From: Euprymna scolopes
Lineage: Eukaryota
Length of the DNA stretch: 64,000 nucleotides
NCBI GenBank assembly: GCA_053919585.1
Contig: JBSSHM010000055.1
Strand: one strand, 5' to 3'
This document shows, piece by piece, positions 39,360-52,799 of this stretch. The notes under the pieces were generated by a model. That model ran no database searches. It saw only the letters and a program-made list of their open reading frames with translations, and was not told the DNA's origin. The translations under genes and the position numbers were made by a program. How positions within the stretch are numbered: the stretch's first letter is position 1; every line of letters starts with the position of its first letter.

Positions 39360-42300
39360 ATTGATATCGTTTTTTTATTAGTCCTTTTAATAGTGAATAG
39401 TCCGATTATGTATTGATATCATTGTTGTATTATTCTGTTGAATAGTGAATAGTCAGATTATGTATTGATATCGTTTTTGTATTATTCTGTTGAATAGTGA
39501 ATAGTCCGATTATGTATTGATATCGTTTTTGTATTATTCTGTTGAATATTGAATAGTCAGATTATGTATTGATATCGTTTTTGTATTATTCCGTTGAATA
39601 GTGAATAGTCAGATTATGTATTGATATCGTTTTTGTATTATTCCGTTGAATAGTGAATAGTCAGATTATGTATTGATATCGTTTTTGTATTATTCCGTTG
39701 AATAGTGAATAGTCAGATTATGTATTGATATCGTTTTTTATTATTCCGTTGAATGGTGAATAGTCCGATTATGTACTGATATCATTGTTGTATTATTCTG
39801 TTGAATAGTGAATAGTCAGATTATGTATTGATATCGTTTTTGTATTATTCTGTTGAATAGTGAATAGTCAGATTATGTATTGATATCGTTTTTGTATTAT
39901 TCCGTTGAATAGTGAATAGTCCGATTATATATTGATATCGTTTTTTTATTATTCCGTCAATAGTGAATAGTCAGATTATGTATTGATATCGTTTTTTTAT
40001 TAGTCCTTTTAATAGTGAATAGTCCGATTATGTATTGATATCGTTTTTGTATTATTCCTTTGAATAGTGAATAGTCAGATTATGTATTGATATCGTTTTT
40101 GTATTATTCTGTTGAATAGTGAATAGTCAGATTATGTATTGATATCGTTTTTGTATTATTCTGTTGAATAGTGAATAGTCAGATTATGTATTGATATCAT
40201 TTTTGTATTATTCCGTTGAATAGTGAATAGTCAGATTATGTATTGATATCGTTTTTTTATTAGTCCTTTTAATAGTGAATAGTCCGATTATGTATTTATA
40301 TAATTGTTGTATTATTCTGTTGAATAGTGAATAGTCAGATTATGTATTGATATCGGTTTTGTAATTTTCCGTTGGATAGTGAATAGTCCGATTATGTATT
40401 GATATCGTTTTTGTATTATTCTGTTGAATATTGAATAGTCAGATTATGTATTGATATCGTTTTTGTATTATTCCGTTGAATAGTGAATAGTCAGATTATG
40501 TATTGATATTGTTTTTGTATTATTCCGTTGAATAGTGAATAGTCAGATTATGTATTGATATCGTTTTTGTATTATTCCGTTGAATAGTGAATAGTCAGAT
40601 TATGTATTGATATCGTTCTTTTATTATTCCGTTGAATAGTGAATAGTCAGATTATGTATTGATATCGTTTTTGTATTAGTCTGTTGAATAGTGAATAGTC
40701 AGATTATGTATTGATATCGTTTTTTATTATTCCTTTGAATGGTGAATAGTCCGATTATGTATTGATATCATTGTTGTATTATTCTGTTGAATAGTGAATA
40801 GTCAGATTATGTATTGATATCGTTTTTGTATTATTCCGTCGATTAGTGAATAGTCAGATTATGTATTGATATCGTTTTTGTATTATTCTGTTGAATAGTG
40901 AATAGTCAGATTATGTATTAATATCGTTTTTGTATTGTTCTGTTGAATAGTGAATAGTCAGATTATATATTGATATCGTTTTTTTATTATTCCGTTGAAT
41001 AGTGAATAGTCAGATTATGTATTGATATCGTTTTTGTATTAGTCTGTTGAATAGTGAATAGTCAGATTATGTATTGATATCGTTTTTGAATTTTTCCGTT
41101 GAATAGTGAATAGTCAGATTATGTATTGATATCGTTTTTGTATTTTTCCGTTGAATAGTGAATAGTCAGATTATGTATTGATATCGTTTTTTTATTATTC
41201 CGTTGAATAGTGAATAGTCAGATTATGTATTGATATCGTTTTTGTATTATTCTGTTGAATAGTGAATAGTCAGATTATGTATTGATATCGTTTTTGTATT
41301 ATTCTGTTGAATAGTGAATAGTCAGATTATGTATTGATATCGTTTTTGTATTATTCCGTTGAATAGTGAATAGTCAGATTATGTATTGATATCGTTTTTT
41401 ATTATTCCTTTGAATGGTGAATAGTCCGATTATGTATTGATATCATTGTTGTATTATTCCGTTGAATAGTGAATAGTCAGATTATGTATTGATATCTTTG
41501 TTGTATTATTCTGTTGAATAGTGAATAGTCAGATTATGTATTGATATCGTTTTTGTATTATTCTGTTGAATAGTGAATAGTCAGATTATGTATTGATATC
41601 GTTTTTGTATTATTCCGTTGAATAGTGAATAGTCAGATTATGTATTGATATCGTTTTTTTATTATTCCGTTGAATAGTGAATAGTCAGATTATGTATTGA
41701 TATCATTGTTGTATTATTCCGTTGAATAGTGAATAGTCAGATTATGTATTGATATCGCTTTTGTATTATTCCGTTGAATAGTTAATATTCAGATTATGTA
41801 TTGATATCATTTTTGTATTATTCCGTTGAATAGTGAATAGTCAGATTATGTATTGATATCGCTTTTGTATTATTCCGTTGAATAGTTAATATTCAGATTA
41901 TGTATTGATATCATTTTTGTATTATTCCGTTGAATAGTGAATAGTCAGATTATGTATTGATATCGCTTTTGTATTATTCCGTTGAATAGTTAATATTCAG
42001 ATTATGTATTGATATCGTTTTTGTATTATTCTGTTGAATAGTGAATAGTCAGATTATGTATTGATATCGCTTTTGTATTATTCCGTTGAATAGTTAATAT
42101 TCAGATTATGTATTGATATCATTTTTGTATTATTCCGTTGAATAGTGAATAGTCAGATTATGTATTGATATCGCTTTTGTATTATTCCGTTGAATAGTTA
42201 ATATTCAGATTATGTATTGATATCATTTTTGTATTATTCCGTTGAATAGTGAATAGTCAGATTATGTATTGATATCGCTTTTGTATTATTCCGTTGAATA

Positions 42301-44270
42301 GTGAATAGTCAGATTATGTATTGATATTGTTTTTGTATTATTCCGTCGAATAGTGATTAGTCAGATTATATATTGATATCGTTTTTTTATTATTCCGTTG
42401 AATAGTGAATAGTCAGATTATGTATTGATATTGTTTTTGTATTATTTCGTTGAATAGTGAATAGTCAGATTATGTATTGATATCGTTTTTGTATTTTTCC
42501 GTTGAATAGTGAATAGTCAGATTATGTATTGATATCGTTTTTTTATTATTCCGTTGAATAGTGAATAGTCCGATTATGTATTGATATCATTGTTGTATTA
42601 TTCTGTTGAATAGTGAATAGTCAGATTATGTATTGATATCGTTTTTGTATTTTTCCGTTGAATAGTGAATAGTCAGATTATGTATTGATATATTTTTTTT
42701 ATTATTCCGTTGAATAGTGAATAGTCAGATTATGTATTGATATCGTTTTTTTATTATTCCTTTGAATGGTGAATAGTCCGATTATGTATTGATATCGTTT
42801 TTGTATTATTCTGTTGAATAGTGAATAGTCAGATTATGTATTGATATCGTTTTTGTATTATTCCGTTGAATAGTGAATAGTCAGATTATGTATTGATATC
42901 GTTTTTTATTATTCCTTTGAATGGTGAATAGTCCGATTATGTATTGATATCGTTTTTGTATTATTCCGTTGAATAGTGAATAGTCAGATTATGTATTGAT
43001 ATCGTTGTTGTATTATTCTGTTGAATAGTGAATAGTCAGATTATGTATTGATATCGTTTTTGTATTATTCCTTTGAATGGTGAATAGTCCGATTATGTAT
43101 TGATATCATTGTTGTATTATTCTGTTGAATAGTGAATAGTCAGATTATGTATTGATATCGTTTTTGTATTATTCCGTCGAATAGTGAATAGTCAGATTAT
43201 GTATTGATATCGTTTTTGTATTATTCTGTTGAATAGTGAATAGTCAGATTATGTATTAATATCGTTTTTGTATTGTTCTGTTGAATAGTGAATAGTCAGA
43301 TTATATATTGATATCGTTTTTTTATTATTCCGTTGAATAGTGAATAGTCAGATTATGTATTGATATCGTTTTTGTATTAGTCTGTTGAATAGTGAATAGT
43401 CAGATTATGTATTGATATCGTTTTTGAATTTTTCCGTTGAATAGTGAATAGTCAGATTATGTATTGATATCGTTTTTGTATTTTTCCGTTGAATAGTGAA
43501 TAGTCAGATTATGTATTGATATCGTTTTTTTATTATTCCGTTGAATAGTGAATAGTCAGATTATGTATTGATATCGTTTTTGTATTATTCTGTTGAATAG
43601 TGAATAGTCAGATTATGTATTGATATCGTTTTTGTATTATTCTGTTGAATAGTGAATAGTCAGATTATGTATTGATATCGTTTTTGTATTATTCTGTTGA
43701 ATAGTGAATAGTCAGATTATGTATTGATATCGTTTTTTATTATTCCTTTGAATGGTGAATAGTCCGATTATGTATTGATATCATTGTTGTATTATTCCGT
43801 TGAATAGTGAATAGTCAGATTATGTATTGATATCATTGTTGTATTATTCTGTTGAATAGTGAATAGTCAGATTATGTATTGATATCGTTTTTGTATTATT
43901 CTGTTGAATAGTGAATAGTCAGATTATGTATTGATATCGTTTTTGTATTTTTCCGTTGAATAGTGAATAGTCAGATTATGTATTGATATCGTTTTTTTAT
44001 TATTCCGTTGAATAGTGAATAGTCAGATTATGTATTGATATCATTGTTGTATTATTCCGTTGAATAGTGAATAGTCAGATTATGTATTGATATCGCTTTT
44101 GTATTATTCCGTTGAATAGTTAATATTCAGATTATGTATTGATATCATTTTTGTATTATTCCGTTGAATAGTGAATAGTCAGATTATGTATTGATATCGC
44201 TTTTGTATTATTCCGTTGAATAGTTAATATTCAGATTATGTATTGATATCATTTTTGTATTATTCCGTTG
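39360..44270. repeat. ~4.9-kb block, copy 1 of a long-range duplication (copy 2 at ~58480-63445)
   Basis: Markers CCGTCAATAG at 39954/59077, TGTATTTATATAATTG at 40291/59414 and GTCGATTAG at 40838/59961 are offset by 19123 bp. GTCGAATAGTGATTAG at 42345/61521 and GATATATTTT at 42687/61863 are offset by 19176 bp. Confidence 0.9.
41750..42300. repeat. 104-bp dimeric higher-order repeat cassette (GATATCGCTTT..GTTAATATTC / GATATCATTTTT)
   Basis: Two monomer types alternate over ~11 monomers. The same cassette recurs at ~44090-44270 (partial), 45285-45820, 46322-46860, 60927-61465 and 63265-63645. Confidence 0.88.
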
Positions 44271-45059
44271 AATGGTGAATAGTCCGATTATGTATTGATA
44301 TCGTTTTTGTATTATTCTGTTGAATAGTGAATAGTCAGATTATGTATTGATATCGTTTTTGTATTATTCCGTTGAATAGTGAATAGTCAGATTATGTATT
44401 GATATCGTTTTTTATTATTCCTTTGAATGGTGAATAGTCCGATTATGTATTGATATCGTTTTTGTATTATTCCGTTGAATAGTGAATAGTCAGATTATGT
44501 ATTGATATCGTTGTTGTATTATTCTGTTGAATAGTGAATAGTCAGATTATGTATTGATATCGTTTTTGTATTATTCCTTTGAATGGTGAATAGTCCGATT
44601 ATGTATTGATATCATTGTTGTATTATTCTGTTGAATAGTGAATAGTCAGATTATGTATTGATATCGTTTTTGTATTATTCCGTCGAATAGTGAATTGTCA
44701 GATTATGTATTGATATCGTTTTTGTATTATTCTGTTGAATAGTGAATAGTCAGATTATGTATTAATATCGTTTTTGTATTGTTCTGTTGAATAGTGAATA
44801 GTCAGATTATATATTGATATCGTTTTTTTATTATTCCGTTGAATAGTGAATAGTCAGATTATGTATTGATATCGTTTTTGTATTAGTCTGTTGAATAGTG
44901 AATAGTCAGATTATGTATTGATATCGTTTTTGAATTTTTCCGTTGAATAGTGAATAGTCAGATTATGTATTGATATCGTTTTTGTATTTTTCCGTTGAAT
45001 AGTGAATAGTCAGATTATGTATTGATATCGTTTTTTTATTATTCCGTTGAATAGTGAAT

Positions 45060-47100
45060 AGTCAGATTATGTATTGATATCGTTTTTGTATTATTCTGTT
45101 GAATAGTGAATAGTCAGATTATGTATTGATATCGTTTTTGTATTTTTCCGTTGAATAGTGAATAGTCAGATTATGTATTGATATCGTTTTTTTATTATTC
45201 CGTTGAATAGTGAATAGTCAGATTATGTATTGATATCATTGTTGTATTATTCCGTTGAATAGTGAATAGTCAGATTATGTATTGATATCGCTTTTGTATT
45301 ATTCCGTTGAATAGTTAATATTCAGATTATGTATTGATATCATTTTTGTATTATTCCGTTGAATAGTGAATAGTCAGATTATGTATTGATATCGCTTTTG
45401 TATTATTCCGTTGAATAGTTAATATTCAGATTATGTATTGATATCATTTTTGTATTATTCCGTTGAATAGTGAATAGTCAGATTATGTATTGATATCGCT
45501 TTTGTATTATTCCGTTGAATAGTTAATATTCAGATTATGTATTGATATCGTTTTTGTATTATTCTGTTGAATAGTGAATAGTCAGATTATGTATTGATAT
45601 CGCTTTTGTATTATTCCGTTGAATAGTTAATATTCAGATTATGTATTGATATCATTTTTGTATTATTCCGTTGAATAGTGAATAGTCAGATTATGTATTG
45701 ATATCGCTTTTGTATTATTCCGTTGAATAGTTAATATTCAGATTATGTATTGATATCATTTTTGTATTATTCCGTTGAATAGTGAATAGTCAGATTATGT
45801 ATTGATATCGCTTTTGTATTATTCCGTTGAATAGTGAATAGTCAGATTATGTATTGATATCGTTTTTGTATTATTCCGTCGAATAGTGAATAGTCAGATT
45901 ATATATTGATATCGTTTTTTTATTATTCCGTTGAATAGTGAATAGTCTGATTATGTATTGATATCGTTTTTGTATTATTTCGTTGAATAGTGAATAGTCA
46001 GATTATGTATTGATATCGTTTTTGTATTTTTCCGTTGAATAGTGAATAGTCAGATTATGTATTGATATCATTGTTGTATTATTCTGTTGAATAGTGAATA
46101 GTCAGATTATGTATTGATATCGTTTTTGTATTATTCTGTTGAATAGTGAATAGTCAGATTATGTATTGATATCGTTTTTGTATTTTTCCGTTGAATAGTG
46201 AATAGTCAGATTATGTATTGATATCGTTTTTTTATTATTCCGTTGAATAGTGAATAGTCAGATTATGTATTGATATCATTGTTGTATTATTCCGTTGAAT
46301 AGTGAATAGTCAGATTATGTATTGATATCGCTTTTGTATTATTCCGTTGAATAGTTAATATTCAGATTATGTATTGATATCATTTTTGTATTATTCCGTT
46401 GAATAGTGAATAGTCAGATTATGTATTGATATCGCTTTTGTATTATTCCGTTGAATAGTTAATATTCAGATTATGTATTGATATCATTTTTGTATTATTC
46501 CGTTGAAAAGTGAATAGTCAGATTATGTATTGATATCGCTTTTGTATTATTCCGTTGAATAGTTAATATTCAGATTATGTATTGATATCGTTTTTGTATT
46601 ATTCTGTTGAATAGTTAATAGTCAGATTATGTATTGATATCGCTTTTGTATTATTCCGTTGAATAGTTAATATTCAGATTATGTATTGATATCATTTTTG
46701 TATTATTCCGTTGAATGGTGAATAGTCAGATTATGTATTGATATCGCTTTTGTATTATTCCGTTGAATAGTTAATATTCAGATTATGTATTGATATCATT
46801 TTTGTATTATTCCGTTGAATAGTGAATAGTCAGATTATGTATTGATATCGCTTTTGTATTATTCCGTTGAATAGTGAATAGTCAGATTATGTATTGATAT
46901 CGTTTTTGTATTATTCCGTCGAATAGTGAATAGTCAGATTATATATTGATATCGTTTTTTTATTATTCCGTTGAATAGTGAATAGTCTGATTATGTATTG
47001 ATATCGTTTTTGTATTATTTCGTTGAATAGTGAATAGTCAGATTATGTATTGATATCGTTTTTGTATTTTTCCGTTGAATAGTGAATAGTCAGATTATGT
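45060..47100. repeat. Tandem duplication of a 1,040-bp (20-monomer) block containing the dimer cassette
   Basis: ATTGATATCGCTTTTG at 45281/46321, CCGTCGAA at ~45876/46916 and TATTATTTCG at ~45973/47013 are all offset by 1040 bp. Confidence 0.87.
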
Positions 47101-50100
47101 ATTGATATCGTTTTTTTATTATTCCGTTGAATAGTGAATAGTCCGATTATGTATTGATATCATTGTTGTATTATTCTGTTGAATAGTGAATAGTCAGATT
47201 ATGTATTGATATCGTTTTTGTATTTTTCCGTTGAATAGTGAATAGTCAGATTATGTATTGATATCGTTTTTTTATTATTCCGTTGAATAGTTAATAGTCA
47301 GATTATGTATTGATATCGTTTTTTTATTATTCCTTTGAATGGTGAATAGTCCGATTATGTATTGATATCGTTTTTGTATTATTCTGTTGAATAGTGAATA
47401 GTCAGATTATGTATTGATATCGTTTTTGTATTATTCCGTTGAATAGTGAATAGTCAGATTATGTATTGATATCGTTTTTTATTATTCCTTTGAATGGTGA
47501 ATAGTCCGATTATGTATTGATATCGTTGTTGTATTATTCTGTTGAATAGTGAATAGTCAGATTATGTATTGATATCGTTTTTGTATTATTCCTTTGAATG
47601 GTGAATAGTCCGATTATGTATTGATATCATTGTTGTATTATTCTGTTGAATAGTGAATAGTCAGATTATGTATTGATATCGTTTTTGTATTATTCCGTCG
47701 AATAGTGAATAGTCAGATTATATATTGATATCGTTTTTTTATTATTCCGTTGAATAGTGAATAGTCAGATTATGTATTGATATCGTTTTTGTATTATTTC
47801 GTTGAATAGTGAATAGTCAGATTATGTATTGATATCGTTTTTGTATTAGTCTGTTGAATAGTGAATAGTCAGATTATGTATTGATATCGTTTTTGAATTT
47901 TTCCGTTGAATAGTGAATAGTCAGATTATGTATTGATATCGTTTTTGTATTTTTCCGTTGAATAGTGAATAGTCAGATTATGTATTGATATCGTTTTTTT
48001 ATTATTCCGTTGAATAGTGAATAGTCAGATTATGTATTGATATCGTTTTTGTATTATTCTGTTGAATAGTGAATAGTCAGATTATGTATTGATATCGTTT
48101 TTGTATTATTCTGTTGAATAGTGAATAGTCAGATTATGTATTGATATCGTTTTTGTATTATTCCGTTGAATAGTGAATAGTCAGATTATGTATTGATATC
48201 GTTTTTTATTATTCCTTTGAATGGTGAATAGTCCGATTATGTATTGATATCATTGTTGTATTATTCTGTTGAATTGTGAATAGTCAGATTATGTATTGAT
48301 ATCGTTTTTTTATTATTCCGTTGAATAGTGAATAGTCAGATTATGTATTGATATCGTTTTTGTATTAGTCTGTTGAATAGTGAATAGTCAGATTATGTAT
48401 TGATATCGTTTTTGTATTTTTCCGTTGAATAGTGAATAGTCAGATTATGTATTGATATCGTTTTTTTATTATTCCGTTGAATAGTGAATAGTCAGATTAT
48501 ATATTGATATCGTTTTTTTATTATTCCGTTGAATAGTGAATAGTCAGATTATGTATTGATATCGTTTTTGTATTATTCCGTTGAATAGTGAATAGTCAGA
48601 TTATGTATTGATATCGTTTTTGTATTTTTCCGTTGAATAGTGAATAGTCAGATTATGTATTGATATCGTTTTTGTATTTTTCCGTTGAATAGTGAATAGT
48701 CAGATTATGTACTGATATCGTTTTTTTATTATTCCGTTGAATAGTGAATAGTCAGATTATGTATTGATATCGTTTTTTTATTATTCTGTTGAATAGTTAA
48801 TAGTCAGATTATGTATAGATATCGTTTTTGTATTATTCTGTTGAATAGTGAATAGTCAGATTATGTATTGATATCGTTTTTGTATTATTCCGTTGAATAG
48901 TGAATAGTCAGATTATATATTGATATCGTTTTTTTATTATTCCGTTGAATAGTGAATAGTCAGATTATGTATTGATATCGTTTTTGTATTAGTCTGTTGA
49001 ATAGTGAATAGTCAGATTATGTATTGATATCGTTTTTTAATTTTTCCGTTGAATAGTGAATAGTCAGATTATGTATTGATATCGTTTTTGTATTTTTCCG
49101 TTGACTAGTGAATAGTCAGATTATGTATTGATATCGTTTTTTTATTATTCCGTTGAATAGTGAATAGTCAGATTATGTATTGATATCGTTTTTGTATTAT
49201 TCTGTTGAATAGTGAATAGTCAGATTATGTATTGATATCGTTTTTGTATTATTCTGTTGAATAGTGAATAGTCAGATTATGTATTGATATCGTTTTTGTA
49301 TTATTCCGTTGAATAGTGAATAGTCAGATTATGTATTGATATCGTTTTTTATTATTCCTTTGAATGGTGAATAGTCCGATTATGTATTGATATCATTGTT
49401 GTATTATTCTGTTGAATAGTGAATAGTCAGATTATGTATTGATATCGTTTTTGTATTTTTCCGTTGAATAGTGAATAGTCAGATTATGTATTGATATCGT
49501 TTTTTTATTATTCCGTTGAATAGTGAATAGTCAGATTATGTATTGATATCGTTTTTGTATTTTTCCGTTGAATAGTGAATAGTCAGATTATGTACTGATA
49601 TCGTTTTTTTATTATTCCGTTGAATAGTGAATAGTCAGATTATGTATTGATATCGTTTTTTTATTATTCTGTTGAATAGTTAATAGTCAGATTATGTATT
49701 GATATCGTTTTTGTATTATTCTGTTGAATAGTGAATAGTCAGATTATATATTGATATCGTTTTTTTATTATTCCGTTGAATAGTGAATAGTCAGATTATG
49801 TATTGATATCGTTTTTGTATTAGTCTGTTGAATAGTGAATAGTCAGATTATGCATTGATATCGTTTTTGAATTTTTCCGTTGAATAGTGAATAGTCAGAT
49901 TATGTATTGATATCGTTTTTGTATTTTTCCGTTGAATAGTGAATAGTCAGATTATGTATTGATATCGTTTTTTTATTATTCCGTTGAATAGTGAATAGTC
50001 AGATTATGTATTGATATCGTTTTTGTATTATTCTGTTGAATAGTGAATAGTCAGATTATGTATTGATATCGTTTTTGTATTATTCTGTTGAATAGTGAAT

Positions 50101-52799
50101 AGTCAGATTATGTATTGATATCGTTTTTGTATTATTCCGTTGAAAAGTGAATAGTCAGATTATGTATTGATATCGTTTTTGTATTATTCTGTTGAATAGT
50201 GAATAGTCAGATTATGTATTGATATCAGTTTTGTATTATTCTGTTGAATAGTGAATAGTCAGATTATGTATTGATATCGTTTTTTTATTATTCCTTTGAA
50301 TAGTGAATAGTCAGATTATGTATTGATATCGTTTTTTATTATTCCTTTGAATGGTGAATAGTCCGATTATGTATTGATATCATTGTTGTATTATTCTGTT
50401 GAATAGTGAATAGTCAGATTATGTATTGATATCGTTTTTTTATTATTCCGTTGAATAGTGAATAGTCAGATTATGTATTGATATCGTTTTTTATTATTCC
50501 TTTGAATGGTGAATAGTCCGATTATGTATTGATATCATTGTTGTATTATTCTGTTGAATAGTGAATAGTCAGATTATGTATTGACATCGTTTTTTTATTA
50601 TTCCTTTGAATAGTGAATAGTCAGATTATGTATTGATATCGTTTTTGTATTATTCTGTTGAATAGTGAATAGTCAGATTATGTATTGATATCGTTTTTGT
50701 ATTATTCTGTTGAATAGTGAATAGTCAGATTATGTATTGATATCGTTTTTGTATTATTCTGTTGAATAGTGAATAGTCAGATTATGTATTGATATCAGTT
50801 TTGTATTATTCTGTTGAATAGTGAATAGTCAGATTATGTATTGATATCGTTTTTTTATTATTCCTTTGAATAGTGAATAGTCAGATTATGTATTGATATC
50901 GTCTTTTTAATATTCCTTTGAATAGTGAATAGTCAGATTATGTATTGATATCGTTTTTTATTATTCTGTTGAATAGTGAATAGTCAGATTATGTATTAAT
51001 ATTGTTTTTGTATTTTTCCGTTGAATAGTGAATAGTCAGATTATGTACTGATATCGTTTTTTTATTATTCCGTTGAATAGTGAATAGTCAGATTATGTAT
51101 TGATATCGTTTTTTATTATTCTGTTGAATAGTGAATAGTCAGATTATGTATTGATATCGTTTTTTTATTATTCTGTTGAATAGTGAATAGTCAGATTATG
51201 TATTGATATCGTTTTTGTATTATTCTGTTGAATAGTGAATAGTCAGATTATGTATTGATATCGTTTTTTTTTATTCCTTTGAATGGTGAATAGTCCGATT
51301 ATGTATTGATATCATTGTTGTAATGTTCTGTTGAATAGTGAATAGTCAGATTATGTATTGATATCGTTTATGTATTATTCCGTTGAATAGTGAATAGTCA
51401 GATTATATATTGATATCGTTTTTTTATTATTCCGTTGAATAGTGAATTGTCAGATTATGTATTGATATCGTTTTTGTATTAGTCTGTTGAATAGTGAATA
51501 GTCAGATTATGTATTGATATCGTTTTTGTATTTTTCCATTGAATAGTGAATAGTCAGATTATGTATTGATATCGTTTTTTTATTATTCCGTTGAATAGTG
51601 AATAGTCAGATTATGTATTGATATCGTTTTTGTATTATTCTGTTGAATAGTGAATAGTCAGATTATGTATTGATATCGTTTTTGTATTATTCTGTTGAAT
51701 AGTGAATAGTCAGATTATGTATTGATATCGTTTTTGTATTATTCCGTTGATTAGTGAATTGTCAGATTATGTATTGATATCGTGTTTTTATTATTCCTTT
51801 GAATAGTGAATAGTCAGATTATGTATTGATATCGTTTTTTTATTAGTCTTTTTAATAGTGAATAGTCCGATTATGTATTGATATAATTGTTGTATTATTC
51901 TGTTGAATAGTGAATAGTCAGATTATGTATTGATATCGGTTTTGTATTATTCCGTTGATTAGTGAATTGTCAGATTATGTATTGATATCGTTATTGTATT
52001 ATTCCGTTGAATAGTGAATAGTCAGATTATGTATTGATATCGTTTTTTTATTAGTCTTTTTAATAGTGAATAGTCCGATTATGTATTGATATAATTGTTG
52101 TATTATTCTGTTGAATAGTGAATAGTCAGATTATGTATTGATATCGGTTTTGTAATTTTCCGTTGAATGGTGAATAGTCAGATTATGTATTGATATCGTT
52201 TTTTTTATTATTCCGTTGAATAGTGAATAGTAAGATTATGTATTGATATAGTTTTTGTATTATTCCGTTGTAATAGTGAATAGTCAGATTATGTATTGAT
52301 ATCGTTTTTGTATTATTCTGTTGAATGATGAATAGTCAGATTATGTATTGATATTGTTTTTGTATTATTCTGTTGAATAGTGAATAGTAAGATTATGTAT
52401 TGATATCGTTTTTGTATTATTCCGTTGAATAGTGAATAGTAAGATTATGTATTGATATCGTTTTTTTATTATTCCGTTGAATAGTGAATAGTAAGATTAT
52501 GTATTGATATAGTTTTTTTATTATTCCGTTGAATAGTGAATAGTAAGATTATGTATTGATATCGTATTTGTATTATTCTGTTGAATAGTGAATAGTCAGA
52601 TTATGTATTGATATTGTTTTTGTATTATTCTGTTGACTAGTGAATAGTCAGATTATGTATTGATATCGTTTTTGTATTATTCTGTTGAATAGTGAATAGT
52701 CAGATTATGTATTGATATCGTTTTTGTATTATTCTGTTGAATAGTGAATAGTCAGATTATGTATTGATATTGTTTTTGTATTATTCTGTTGAATAGTGA

